The notes beneath the pieces were generated by a model that saw only the letters and a program-made list of their open reading frames with translations, made no database searches and was not told where the DNA came from. This document shows, piece by piece, positions 1 to 12,756 of a DNA stretch of 64,000 bases (position 1 is the first letter of the stretch; the number at the start of each line of letters is the position of its first letter). Position numbers and translations under genes: made by a program. This DNA comes from Octopus vulgaris (taxonomy: Eukaryota): NCBI GenBank assembly GCA_951406725.2, contig OX597814.1, forward strand, positions 95,852,001 through 95,916,000. The letters are read 5' to 3'.

Positions 1-879
1 TCTTTAACAGACTGGTGTCCTGTTCAAGGTGAGTGTATGATCTTATTTATATACAATGGAAACTGGGTAACCAACCCTATGAGTTCCAGGACTTAAGACA
101 GTTAATGTCCAAGGGATTGACATTTACATTTATACCATTATAATATATCTGCTTCTTTTTTTTTCTACCATGGTGGCATAGATTGGACAGGTTTGGTAGA
201 GCATCTTGCTACTTGTTACAGTCCTTTGTCATCTTATACACACAAAAACAGAAAAATCTGACCACTTTTTGTTATGCATACTATAAATTTCAGCATGATT
301 TTTACAACAGGATGCCAACCATTTATAGCAGGGATTCAGGATATTTTATCATGTCTCTAGTACTAAAGAAGTTGTCTGTGGTAGGACTAAAGAATTCCCC
401 CTCTACTCTGTACAGATTTTATTCAGTATTACAGATCGTTTATATGAGTTTGGTTCAATGTGCCTTTCAGAGTGGACATCCTCTCCATTATTTGTCAAAT
501 CATTCCAGACTTGGCAGAATTACAGAACTCTCTTGGCCTCTCTCATATCTGCATTGCATTTTACAACACAGATACATAGGAGTAAAATAAAGGCAAAATG
601 ATATATACTACAAAAACCTAGGAATGATTGACCTGAAAATACAACTAGATGAGAAATGCATGCATTTAAGGCTAGATAGAAATGTGTTAGTCTGAATAGT
701 TATTGGATAGTTTACAACACTAACATAACCAGAATCAGAGCCTACTAGCTTGATGGGGATAAGTTGTGTGCTGAAGCAGGGCCCCATGAGTATAAGGACA
801 CAAACATGACACTTTTAGGACCTCACTTTTGCTGTAATGAACAGATTTCATCAAACAGCAGAATGCCAATCATTTTGGT

Positions 880-1200
880 TCTTTGTCATCTCTACCATGA
901 GACTCAATATTTTGTTACCAGCTGTCACTATTTCATCCTGTGTTTCCCTCTTCTCTTTTGCATACTACATCTGATGCCCCTTATACCCAACTTTTCTCTC
1001 AACACATTTACACTTTGTCATACATGCGCACAGCTATCATAGAATACTAATTTCATTCATTTCTAATCTCTGCTTGTCCTCTGTATTCAGCACTCATGTC
1101 TCACTACCATATAACACTGCTGTTCATATGCAAACATTGTACAATCTACCTTCGCAGAGAGAGACCTTTTCTGACCAACAGAGGTAATAAATCATTGAAC
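880..1200 (-). mobile_element. Degraded RTE-type LINE fragment
   Basis: Resembles the other RTE C-terminal fragments in the window (47585 onward, 32100 onward). Confidence 0.45.
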
Positions 1201-1327
1201 TGTAAATTATCAAATGACTAGTAGCATAAAGTCATTATAATGTTTCAATGTCTTAGCAAGACACACAGTAGCAATGTTGCTGTTGTTGGTTAGCACTAAG
1301 TCACTCTTAATCAAGATCTATGATTAA

Positions 1328-1548
1328 CCCTTTTGTTACCGTATTTATTTTGAGATGCTCTGTGTTTCTTTCAACTATTTTAAATATAACAATGAACTTA
1401 GAAAAATAACTTAGTTACCATTAAGCTTGTGTTAGGAACATAAATTGTGACAAAGGTTTGGTGGAAGATTTTAATTCAAAACTTATGAAAACAAGACATT
1501 TGTACTACAGAGCCAGAGCTGGTTTCAGCTAGGTTGGTAATGAAAGGG
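1328..1548. mobile_element. piggyBac-like MITE
   Basis: TTAA at 1324-1327 and 1549-1552; imperfect TIRs cccttttgttacc / ggtaatgaaaggg. Confidence 0.65.
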
Positions 1549-1848
1549 TTAAAGGCATTCCAGACCATCCCAACTTTTTGAATATCTGGGAGTACATTAG
1601 TCTAATGTGCCCATACCATTTTTAAGATGGTATGGTTTGATTTGAAGGTCATTTGGCAGCTATTCCTGGCAGGTTAAGAGGCCCCATAGATATTTACTCC
1701 TTATCTTCCACTACCAATGTATACCAGAGAGATGATTACATTAGAATGAGTAATTAATAAGAATGGATGATACTTTCTAATGAAAATATATGTAAAGATA
1801 AATTTAGATAACTTTGTCTCACTAAAACTAATCAATAAATATGTTTAA

Positions 1849-2065
1849 TCCTTTAGCATTTAAACTGGCCATATCCGGTCAGAATATTCTACATGTTTTA
1901 TGTTCAAACTGTCCAAATCTGGCCCCTTTCATCTACCCCAATGTGTCATTTTAAAAAATATACAAGCCTATCATTGGAATCTTAGAGCTACAAGATAATG
2001 TATGATTAATTCAAAACAATCTGAATAAGCATTATATTTGACAGAGTAATCTGAACGCTAAAGGG
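1849..2065. mobile_element. TTAA-flanked MITE family; other copies at 30755-30970, about 40347-40568 and about 46193-46658
   Basis: TIRs ccctttagcatt / aaygctaaaggg, TTAA flanks, shared internal sequence in four copies. Confidence 0.7.
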
Positions 2066-2490
2066 TTAATTTAATTTGATATTGGTTTTTAGTATTGTTT
2101 TGTATATGTTAAATTTCCACATTCTGCAGCAAACAGCATATATTGAATAAAATCTTATAAAACTCATACAATTCATGACATTATTCTTTAGAAGTTTACT
2201 TTATAAATTTTGTAATCTGATAATTTTGTGCATACACATTTGTTATTAAATATTCTGAAAGGTATACATTTTTAAATGATTTAAAGAGAAATATGAAAAA
2301 TAAATATTCCCAAAATCAATTATAAAAGCAGTAATAACAGTAATATTTTCAAATGAATATTTGAAAATATTTAACTGATGCTACAAATAGAAAGGAAAGA
2401 ATTCCTGTTCAAAGAAAGTGATTCAAATTGTAAAAACTAAAAGTATTTGCAGCAGATGAGTGGAATTTACATAAGAGAGATTAAACTCAC

Positions 2491-2599
2491 ATTTTTCTTT
2501 CAAGAAATGTACTCTTTCAGCATAATCTTTTATACGGCTGTCAATGTTTGGAATTCTCGAACCTTCTTCTTTGGCCATAAATAATGCTTGTATAGCTTC
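2491..2599 (-). CDS. CAPN7: CAPN7 second coding exon (109 nt)
   Basis: taccag|GAAGCT acceptor, gtgagt donor at 2490; encodes EAIQALFMAKEEG...HFLKEK. Confidence 0.9.
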
Positions 2600-2815
2600 C
2601 TGGTATTCAAATAAGAGAACCATACAATGAAACATTTCTGAACAGAATTTAGAAAAATAAAAAATAATCAACTCTCAAAATAACTAGAGACTTACATTGT
2701 AGTAAAATATTGCAATATCATGTTGTGCAGTTTCATCAAATTGGACAGCCGATTGAGCAAAAGTAGTTCCATCTCGTTCCAATGCCACACAAAATGCAGA
2801 AATTTGTTCATCCAT
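2491..2815 (-). CDS. CAPN7: Calpain-7 (PalBH) 5' coding region, N-terminal MIT domain; gene continues beyond the left window edge
   Basis: Exons 2815-2696 and 2599-2491 joined by a 96-nt GT-AG intron give MDEQISAFCVALERDGTTFAQSAVQFDETAQHDIAIFYYN|EAIQALFMAKEEGSRIPNIDSRIKDYAERVHFLKEK. This matches the calpain-7 N-terminus as recalled (ALERDAVQFARLAVQRD...AVFYYKEAAQAL...IQEKITEYLERV). Confidence 0.9.
2696..2815 (-). CDS. CAPN7: CAPN7 first coding exon (40 codons)
   Basis: ttcag acceptor at 2817-2818, ATG at 2815, gtaag donor at 2695, phase 0. Confidence 0.9.
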
Positions 2816-5174
2816 TCTGAAGAAAAATCATCTTTAAATCAGGATTGTCATATGCAAGAAAATAAACAATTCATAATGATTTTTATATTAAAACAAAGAA
2901 AAAAAATGAAACATTGAGACAATGAATATAACGTTAAGTTTGGCATTAAATTACCAAATAACTCACTTGGTGGAAAACTGTCTAATTCCTTATTCATAAT
3001 GAAAAAAAAAAATAACTGCTTTTTGTGCTTTTAAAGATGCTTAATTGAAAAGTTTATTCTAAGCTTATAATCTTTGGAAATAATGATATTGGAAGTCTTA
3101 AGATTGGTGGAAGCATGAATGTGAATACCAGACAATAAGAAAATGAATTGAAATTTATCTAGTATTACTGTATTTCCAGCATACAAGTTTAACATAGTAT
3201 ACAGTGTAAACATGTAGTGTAAGTATCCAAACATTGTCCCTATCTTTACAAATCCTGCTGCAGTTCACTTGGAATTTTTCATCCTCCAAAGTTATCTTGA
3301 TGTATAAGTCAATTTAATTATTTCAGTTGTAAATTTTGCTCTGAAAAATTTTACTTGTATGCCAGAAAATACAGTATCACTTTCATTACCTTTTCAAAAA
3401 GCAGTTTACTGAAATTTACTTGCTGACTGATGACTATATATTCTAAATATTTTATACTATGAGTTCTCTATAAATTTTATAAAATCCTCAATAAGAGAGA
3501 TCATGTGTTCCCTTATGAATTAAATCTACAATCAGTAATCATCCATACATATAAACAGACACTAAACTGACAAAATTGTTAAAGTGACAAACAAAATACC
3601 ACACAGTATTTATTCTGACCCTCTGTGCTCTCATTTCAAATCCTATCAAAGTCAACTTTGTTTTACCATCATTTCAGGGTCAATTAAAAACTACCAATCC
3701 ACCAACTCTGGATTGGTACAAGTGTAAGAATGCTGTTTGTAATGAATGCCTTGAGGTATTTTTTTCCAGTTCTTTGCATTGTGAATTCAAATTTCATGAT
3801 AGCTTGTTTAAGTTGTAGACCCAATCTGTTACATGGTTTAACACTGCCACCTGTTGCGAGTATTCAGATCAAGTCTCTGGTTTGAAGATCTTCTTCCTAT
3901 CAGTCTTGGAGACCCTGTAAATTTTCATAGGAATTACCCTTCCTTTATAACAGGAAATAATAAAATAAAATCACATATACGGAAATGTAGTTGATTACTC
4001 AGTTTAAACCTGAGATCCTTAATTCGTATCTAATCTATTTTTTCAGAGTTCTCTTAAGTTTCTTATTCTTGACTTATGATAATAGATTTTATTCTTCACT
4101 AAAGGTTTGCTGTATCCTTGATATAATCTTTATTCACAAATTTGTTCATTTTTTTTAGGTATGCTGTTAATTTTTATAAATTGGGTTACAATTGACCAAT
4201 TCAACTGCAACATATTACTGGTACTTATTTTATTGGCTCTGAGGAAGTGAGAAAGTTAATTTTCACAGGATTTGATCCCAAAGCCTAGAAGACGAAACTC
4301 AAGAATTTATTTCTATTTTCATTTTATTTTTTCTAAGATAATATGGAACTTTTCTAAATATTTATTGGTTATTTCAGCTTATAAATTTTCCATAGTATCA
4401 ACAATGTTTTCATTTTCTTCTTCTACAGCATAGAAATCAATTATATCAGTACGTTCCTTTTTATATTTTTTTTTAAATTAGGGTTTTTTTAAGGAATACT
4501 TTTGTTTTTAGCTTAGATTTTTTAAAAGAAATATCTATTGTCATAGTTATCTAAGTTCTGGCCGAGAAATCTGCGATATGAAAAAGTTACTTTTAAAGTT
4601 TTTCTTCGCTTAGTTGCTAATGACCTTGTGAAAGGCATGAACACCATCTAATCTCTTTTCTTTTCTCCAATAAAATGCAAATTTTCTATATTACATAAAT
4701 ATATGGCAGTAAACGTCTCTTTTAATACATGGTACCAACGTTCGAATGTTGTTTTTTTTTGCTCTTTTGTTTTTATATATAGCCTTCAATTTATATTTTA
4801 AAACATTTTAGAGGAAACTTAGTTCCTCGTCAGCATGATCGATTTTTTTTTTTTGTCTTTACTTCAATCCTTATTCTGAAAAACTTCCAGAATTACTCGA
4901 AATCGTAATTATTGTTATTCGTGATTTAAATGGATAATTAATAAAACAAAAAAAAGAAACTTTGTAGAAAACTATCAAAAATAATAATCAGGAAATGTTA
5001 CTCCTATCAATTATATTCGCTAATGTAACTAAGTTTAACTTTCGGTCTCTCTCACTCTCTCTCTCTCGAATTAATTTACAAGCATGTGACAATTGTCATT
5101 ATTATTTATATAATAAGCGTAATTAAACTGTTTCCAGCACAATAAAGCTAATGAAAGAAGACATATGGTATTAC

Positions 5175-5260
5175 CTAGAGTCAATCAACAGATCTTTCTC
5201 GGAATCGTAAACAATCACGTATTTAAAGGCAGTAATTGCATTTCAGGCAACTTCGATTAT
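5175..5260 (-). other. Candidate non-coding first exon of CAPN7
   Basis: CTAG|gtaata donor at 5174 in a relatively CpG-rich stretch. The ATG exon begins at an acceptor, so an upstream UTR exon must exist. The 5' boundary is a guess. Confidence 0.35.
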
Positions 5261-6989
5261 GTTTATGTTGTCATTCTTTAAGTGAATTCTAAGAAATAAT
5301 AATCTTTGTAGAGTCATGGTATACAAAGAAAATTATTTGCAACAGGGATACTATTGACAACGTGAAAAATAAATAAAAAAAACTAAAATAATTAAAAACT
5401 ATAATAACGATAAATTGAAACTGCTATATAGCAAGTCCTGAATCCATAACAAATAGTTAACTACCTTCTCTTTAAGAGAGTTCATATGGTGAAGAAACAT
5501 AACCTATCTGTCGACATCGATATTACTTTTCATTTAAACAAAAATATTGGAAGATTCGTTATGTGAGATCGATAAATTCTTCCACTATAATTTTATTGAC
5601 ATCTAGAATGCATTATATGACACCAAATTAGCACTTGTTCATCTTTTCCTCTCCTAACAGCATTAGGTTTAGGGAATTAAAGCTACCTTTCGAGAATGGT
5701 GTATAGGGAGCTAGGCTAATACCCATTCAAGATATTAGTCTTTAAGGATCTAGGCAAGCACCCATAGGAGGTGGTAATAGGCAAGAGCTGCTGTGCATGA
5801 ATTGCTTACTAGATGCCGTCATAGCAAAATATATAAAGCACTCTCGAACTTGCCGGATAGTGGGTGAGAACGAACGTGTGCCTATTATAACGATTTCAGT
5901 ACTTGATTGGAACTTTATTTTATCAATCTGTAAAGGATTAAAGTTTGTTTCGAAAAGATGAGAACTCAGTATAAAAGGCTGTAAGGAAAATAGGCGTTTT
6001 GGAGCAGCTCTCTAACGATTCGACCAGTTCATTCTAATATAAACACGAGGAAGATTAAAGGTGTGGATAATTTCAGTAGTCATTATTCGCCGTTCCTGTT
6101 GATTTTTTTCAAATAATCTACCTACAAACAATTGTGGAAGGAAAGATTGGTAAACATTCCTTCAATGCCACATGTGAAGATAGAACCAGCGAAAATTTTG
6201 CCCTCATTGAAAGAGTAAAGATATCTTAATCGACTTGAATTTAGCCCAACCAGAGACACCAAAGGAAAGTCCTTTTCTGATGCGGCACAATACAAACTGT
6301 CACCAGCTGGTTTACCCATTATTGGATCCTCCTTATCTGGATGATGTTCAAAATTGTCTTTCAAATAAGTGTGAAGTGGAGCGTTGATATGAGCATGAAA
6401 TAATTTAAGTAAAACAAATTAAGATTAGAATAGGAAAAATTTACCAATCAAGGCTGAGGGCACAAAAGAATGTGAAAGTGATATTCAAGTACCAAACTTT
6501 AATCAGCAACAAAGAACTGTTACTTGAGAAAATTTTAAATAATTTCTAGTTGATAATTATTGTCTGAATAAACCATTCTATGATAATGTAATATGAAGTA
6601 TAAAAACAAGCGTGATAATTAATATAGGAATCCTTTGTGTTATACGAGCAATATGTTCTTGGAAAACTTCCCATATTGCAAAAATAATTTCTCATTGATT
6701 TTGATATTATAAAATGATAATACATTACAAAATATTTGTTGCAAAATAAAAGCAACATGACCACTTTTATTCATGAAAATAACAACTTCTAAAATATTCA
6801 GTACAATATTTATGTATACATGAAAACATTTGAAGAGAAATATGTTTGGGAATAAATAAGAATAGGATATGTTCTTACCAAAGAAGTTGACTGCTGTGAA
6901 GGATGATGGGTGGTGTAGAATATCCAAAATTGTTTGGTGTTTATGATGCATCATCCTTTTGTATAGCTTAGTAGAGGAACTGGGTTTAT

Positions 6990-7425
6990 TGCGAACACCC
7001 CTTGTATTTTTTATACTACATTCATGATTGGGGTTGTTATCAGCAAAACTTTGCAGATCTTGCTCCATAATTGCAAACCTTAAGCAGTGTTCTTTGTTTA
7101 AGTAGGGATTGGTAGAATTTCCATTTTCTCATTTGTGTTCTCAGCTTACTCTTCTAACTGTATTGGCTCCCTGTTGGACAATTTTCTCTATGGAACATTA
7201 GCTACTCAATCCCATCAGCCTACATGATGTCTTCAAATCTCACATCATCTGCAAGTGTCATGGTATCTTTCTAAATTTGATATAGACTTCCTCCTTGTGG
7301 AAAAACTCAAAATCATGGATACAATCTGTCTATATATTTTTCCAGGCACCCTTCAAAGCTAGTGGTTTCACTTCATCCCATGACTCAGCTATTGTTATCC
7401 ATATCTTCCATTATGCTGAACTTCT
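6990..7425 (-). mobile_element. Tigger/pogo transposase C-terminal remnant
   Basis: Minus-strand translation includes SWDEVKPLALKGAWKKI*TDCIHDFEFF, the Tigger W-D/E-x-V...CWKKL...NDF motif. Confidence 0.6.
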
Positions 7426-7451
7426 AGAAGGCGTAGGAGTGGCTGTGTGAT

Positions 7452-8150
7452 GTGAGAACAATGGTGTTGAGGATGTATTTTAGGTCTCTCAACACCATCA
7501 CTGTGTTCTCGCAGACAGAAATAGAAAAGGAGTTGGCAGAATACCTGCCAACTATTAAATTTATTGCAAGAGATATCAAATACACAACGGTGTGGTTGCT
7601 GTTTGATACCCCTGCAGAGGCTCAAGAATTTGAGAGCCAACCATTGGAGGGGGAGAAAATTCTGTTTCTCCTCACATATGAAGGCAGAAGATTGACAAGA
7701 GCTTGGGTGTGTGAGCTACCACCTGGAATAGAGCCTGAATGGTTAGAAGACATTATCTGTTAGGGTCTGGGTGGCAGCCAGGCCAGGCTCTTGAATGTCA
7801 GAATTCTGACTGTGGCTGATTGGGTGGGGTCGAAAGCAATTTTGACCCTATGGATCCAATCAGCTGATGATCTGGTTTTGCCAGATTTTTTAACAATGGC
7901 CAGTTCCAGGTACCCAGGGATCCTTGAACGACGCCCCTCCTCCAAAGTGTCACCTGTGTCTGGAATTGGGCCACATAAAGAAAAACTGCTGCTGGGACCA
8001 AGCAAAGGTCCTGGAACAGTTAATAGAAGAGCCCCCTGCTCCCCCATTGGAGGGGGAGGGAGAGAGAGAGGAAGTTGAGGGGGAGACAGCCCCATCGAAA
8101 AAGAAAGGGAGGAAAAGAAAGAAGGTGGGCAACAATGGTTGCCCATCAAT
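7452..8150 (+). mobile_element. Tx1/L1-type LINE ORF1 remnant
   Basis: Frame continues through one TAG (7761), then frameshifts into CHLCLELGHIKKNC (CCHC knuckle) and a basic tail. Homologous to the ORF1 at 37080. Confidence 0.7.
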
Positions 8151-8519
8151 GGATCCTAAGGTGGAAAACTTATTGAATAACCGTTTCGAACTGGGAGTAT
8201 CTTGTATACATTGTGCTACCCGTACATTTAAGTATTTTAAATAATAACATTCTGACCATTGCTAAATTTTCAAATGCTAATATTTTATAACCAAATAAAA
8301 ATTAATATACCATACTAGCTTTTATTCAACCAGCATAGATTACTAAGAAATTTCATTATGTATATAAATCTGAATATATGAAATTAGAATTTTTTTTTTT
8401 CTTTTTGATACTCTCCTATATTGGAAAGAAAAAAATTCTATATATCTAGGGAAATTACTTGGTTCATCTTGATTACCTCCCCTCCATTACTTTTTAATAT
8501 ATATTATTGACTCCTGATA

Positions 8520-9303
8520 TCTTCTTCTTTATATATAAAAGTGAAGTTGTGTGTCTGTCTCCTACGATTTAGATTCCTAACTACTCCCACATTTTGCGGT
8601 GCAGTGTTACCAAAAGCGGGTATCTTATAGTCGTGATTCATATCAAGCCCTTCTGGGTATTAGCGCGTGTCTACGATTTAAAAAAAAATTTACCATAATT
8701 TTTTCCCATTTTAATGCATTTTTTTGCTATTATATAAGGGAAGTAACTCTCTAAAAAGTTATTAAATCTCAGAACATAAAAAGCTACAGTAACACCCCCT
8801 TTGTGGTTAGCCATATTGAGATGGCTATTATACTTTACATCTCTAAAAATGCTTATATAGTTATTTCCCTTACAAACCCGAGCAACGCCGGGCGATACTG
8901 CTAGTCTTTATATATAAAAGTCAAGTTGTGTGTCTGTCTCCAACGATTTAGATTCCTAACTACTCCCACATTTTGCGGTGCAGTGTAAGCAAAAGCGGGT
9001 ATCTTATAGTCGTGATTCATATCGATCCCTTCTGGGTATTTGCGCGCATCTACGATGAGTCTACGATTTAAAAAAAAATTTACCATCATTTTTTTCCATT
9101 TGAATGCATTTTTTCGCTATTATATAAGGGAAGTAACTCTCTAAAAATGTCTACGATGAGTCAACGATTTAAAAAAAAATTTACCATCATTTTTTTTTCC
9201 ATTTTTAATGCATTTTTTTGCTATTTTTTGGCTATAACTCTCTAAAAATGCTTATATAGTTATTTCCCTTACAAACCCGAGCAACGCCGGGCGATACTGC
9301 TAG
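8520..9303 (+). mobile_element. Non-autonomous Helitron, head-to-tail dimer (8520-8904, 8905-9303)
   Basis: Each unit starts TC(TT)TATATATAAAAG and ends with hairpin cccgagcaacgccggg then CTAG; inserted between A and T with no TSD. Confidence 0.85.
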
Positions 9304-10339
9304 TATTTACTAAATTGATAAAACTTTTCTCCACGGGTAGTAAATATTATGTCTAACATATTCTTTTAATTCGACTCATTAATAAAACAAATCACCATTT
9401 ACTAGCTAATTATGATTCTATATTAATGGAAATGGGGATATATAAATATGGAATAATCACAAATAATTCTATATATCTAGAGAAATTACTTGGTTCATCT
9501 TGATTACCCCCCCTCCCTTCCATTACTTTTTAATATATCTTATTAACTCCTGATATATGTACTAAATTAATGTTTTTTCCACAGTTAGTAAATATTATGT
9601 CTAACATTTTCTTTTAATTCAACTCATTAAAATAATCACCACTTACTAGCTAATTATGATTATATATTAATGGAAATGGATATATATATATTTATATAAA
9701 TATGAAATGATTTCTATATTTTCTATCCCTATATAAGATATTAATGTTTATTGAAATCATTTAGAAAATTGTCTAAAGAATATTTACTTAAATTTCTTAA
9801 TATAGAATCTGGATGTCAAATGGTAAGAGACATTAAAACCTCTAGAGCACTAGTAATCTATGTTCCCCTAGCCCTCTAACTTCAACATACTAGCTTTTTG
9901 CTATTGTGCATTCAAATGTATCTGGCCTGGGTTCCTCAAAATGGAAATAGGTTTATGGTTTTGACATTTGTTCTACCCCTTCCTATATCTATAAATAGAA
10001 AAATTCTTTGTCTCCATCCAACCAAAAATAAAATCACCCTCCCCACTGACAGATCTAAATAACAAAGTGAAAAAATCTACAGTCAGAGAGTAAATTTACT
10101 ACTATCATGTTCTTAAGAATGAAATCAACCTCTCTCTCTATATATCTACCCTCTTTATAATGTTGGCAAACGAAATAGAGATAAGAATGTGCATTGTCCA
10201 TTTGATTGGGAAATTTCTCTAAGTGGCTGAAGATTGCTCGACATTTTAAAACTGATGTAATACTTACAGTGTTTAATAAAATGAAGTAGCATAAAACAAT
10301 TGTACCACTCTAACTTGGATATACTTATTGCTTATTTGG

Positions 10340-10394
10340 ACACACACACACACACATACACACACACACACATACACACACACACATACACACA

Positions 10395-10448
<54 letters not shown>
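10340..10448. repeat. (CA)n microsatellite
   Basis: Direct inspection. Confidence 0.95.
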
Positions 10449-10457
<9 letters not shown>

Positions 10458-10458
10458 C

Positions 10459-10975
10459 AACATCATCATTTAATGTCTGTCGTCCATGTTGGCATAGGTT
10501 AGATGGTTTGGCCAGTACTGGTAAGCTAAAAGGCTGCACCAGTCTCCAGTCTGTTTTGGCATGATTTCTATGGCTGGATGCCCTTCCTAATGCCAATGAC
10601 TCTGAAAGTGTAATGGGTGCTTTTATGTGTCAGTTGCATGGCACTAGTATCTGTTGTAACTACGATTCCACTTGGCTTGATGGATCTTCTTTTCAAGCAT
10701 GGCATATTGCCAAAGGTCTCAGTCATTTGTCATTGCCTCTGTGAGGCCGAACACTCAAAACATTCTTTTTATGTGTTACTGCCATGGGTGCTTGTTACGT
10801 GACACTAGCATTGGCCACACTGCCGCCATGGCCCAACACTCCAAAGGTGCTTTTTATGTGCCACTGGCACAGGTGCTACCCACCAGCATTGGCCATTATG
10901 CCTCCATGAGGCCCAACACTTGAAAGTTGTCTTTTTATGTGCCATCGGCATGGGTGTTAGTTACATGACACCAGG
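10459..10975 (-). mobile_element. RTE 3'-end-derived repeat with (GAT)n tail; further copies near 16950, 17557, 18265, 19317, 20905-21150, 23860, 48690 and 62480
   Basis: Shared ggatgcccttcctaatgccaa...ttttatgtgcca core and catcatcat tail; contiguous with an RTE ORF end at 47585-48386. Confidence 0.75.
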
Positions 10976-11491
10976 ATCATATATATATATGTATGTATGT
11001 ATGTATGTATTTATATATATATGTATAACACCTTCAAGCAGGGCCTCTCCATTCCCAGATCCTCATTTAGGATCCCAAACAGACAATATTCCATGCCCTT
11101 GGCAGCCATGTGTGATGCCTGGAAGATGAAGGGATTCCACATGTAGTCTCATAATAGATCCTAGAAAAACTGGGCCTCTACATCAATGGGAGCAAATGTT
11201 GCAAGCCGTGCGTAACTGAATGGGTGAGTATATTAAAGAAATTCCTCAACCCAGGGAACATCTTAAATTCCAGGATGGAAGTCTTTGGACCCTGCTTACA
11301 CTTCAGGAGATTCCTACTGAAGTCCTGGGATTAACAAGCTGTCGAGGGCTTATATGCCCTGTTATTAGACTATTTTCTTTAGTCATTGCACGGTGATAGC
11401 CATAATCTACAAGCTTACATAAAAATACCATTATTATTACTTATAGGATTATAAAATACGGCACCATATAACAAAACCATTTGCAGTGAAA

Positions 11492-11533
<42 letters not shown>

Positions 11534-11741
11534 GAAAATGGAGAAATACATCCAAATCAAATATCAATTACCAGATAATACCCAATCACATACATTATTA
11601 AACCACCACATAAGAAACTTTAAGGTCAAACATAATAATGTAGAACAAAACAGTGTACATAAAGGAGTAATGTTATACAATAAGTACAATATGTATAAGA
11701 GAATATAAATATAAGTAAATATAAATATAAATATAGACTAC

Positions 11742-11868
11742 ATCTTACAGCTGTTTCGGCCATGCAGATAAGTATGACCCATTTTACTTATATTAGCCAT
11801 TTATGGTAGGTCAATATGTAGTTATAAATGAGACATTTACAAAAATATCCTAAGGCCTCTTCGGAGAT
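11742..11868 (-). ncRNA. Type I hammerhead-ribozyme-like motif, Penelope-like element remnant
   Basis: Minus strand reads AUCU-CCGAAGA-GGCC...GGCC-GAAA-CAGCUG-UA-AGAU: stems I, II and III plus a GUA cleavage triplet. Confidence 0.5.
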
Positions 11869-12233
11869 TATGTGATACAAATCAGATTACATACACACTT
11901 ATATAGGTGTGGGTACATACCCATAATAAAACATATACATATACATATGAGTGCATATACTCATACTCCTATACATATACATAATAATATAAATAATATA
12001 AATCAATAAACATACATATGTTCCACATTCAATGTTACAGTTTTTCAACTTAATATTGTGATAATTACAATGTGACTATATTGCTAATAATGGAATCTAT
12101 ATATTGTTTTTCTAGTATTAGCGTTATTAATAATAATATGAATGATGATATTGGTAGCATTAGTGGTAATGACAATGATAATGATGCCAACATTAATGAC
12201 ATTTTGGAAGCATTTACAACCCCTATCTCAATT

Positions 12234-12275
<42 letters not shown>

Positions 12276-12681
12276 AAGGATGACCTGTAAGTGGACATCC
12301 ATTATGCTAGAAGTAGATCCGCTATAGTCTTACCACTAAGAATGGATGTTCTCAAGAAAATTTAGCAAACGTTTATTTTAAATATTTTAAATTTTAAATT
12401 CAAATTCAAATTTTTATACATATATATATATAAATTTAAATTTGGATTTAAAATTTAAAATTTAAGATATTTAAAATAAGCGTGTATTCACATATGCACA
12501 TATGTATACGCAGATATGTATGACGTTTTATTTTATTGTTGCCGAAACACAATATCTGTTTTAAACGGAATGCATTCAATGCAGGACCCTTAAAACTGTG
12601 GTTCTCACAGCCTCCTCTTGCGTACAGTACAATCCACTAATCAATATTTTTGTGTGTGCTTCAAACCACTGAATTTTAAAA

Positions 12682-12756
12682 ATGGGCGATCGAAGAGAAT
12701 TCCCAAATCCCTTTCCTCCCTTCCATGGAGAGAACCTTCTTAGTCCCCAGGGAAAG
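12682..12756 (+). CDS. LANCL2: LANCL exon 1
   Basis: MGDRREFPNPFPPFHGENLLSPQGK, AAG|gtaaaa donor. Confidence 0.9.

Noticed and set aside
11-28. Apparent plus-strand microexon ag|actggtgtcctgttcaag|gtgagt
   Set aside because: Looks like a decayed SINE core, lies antisense in a CAPN7 intron, and has no partner exons.
2600-2671. ORF-track extension MIIFYFSKFCSEMFHCMVLLFEYQ and the alternative acceptor at 2638
   Set aside because: Intronic; only the acceptor at 2600-2601 keeps the frame and the calpain-7 homology.
6122-6364. 80-aa ORF between CAPN7 and LANCL
   Set aside because: No recognisable motif or splice context.
10273-10596. ORFs rich in VC, TH or YI dipeptides (also near 12065, 26405, 37822, 51455, 56971)
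   Set aside because: Translations of (CA)n and (TA)n microsatellites plus SINE sequence.
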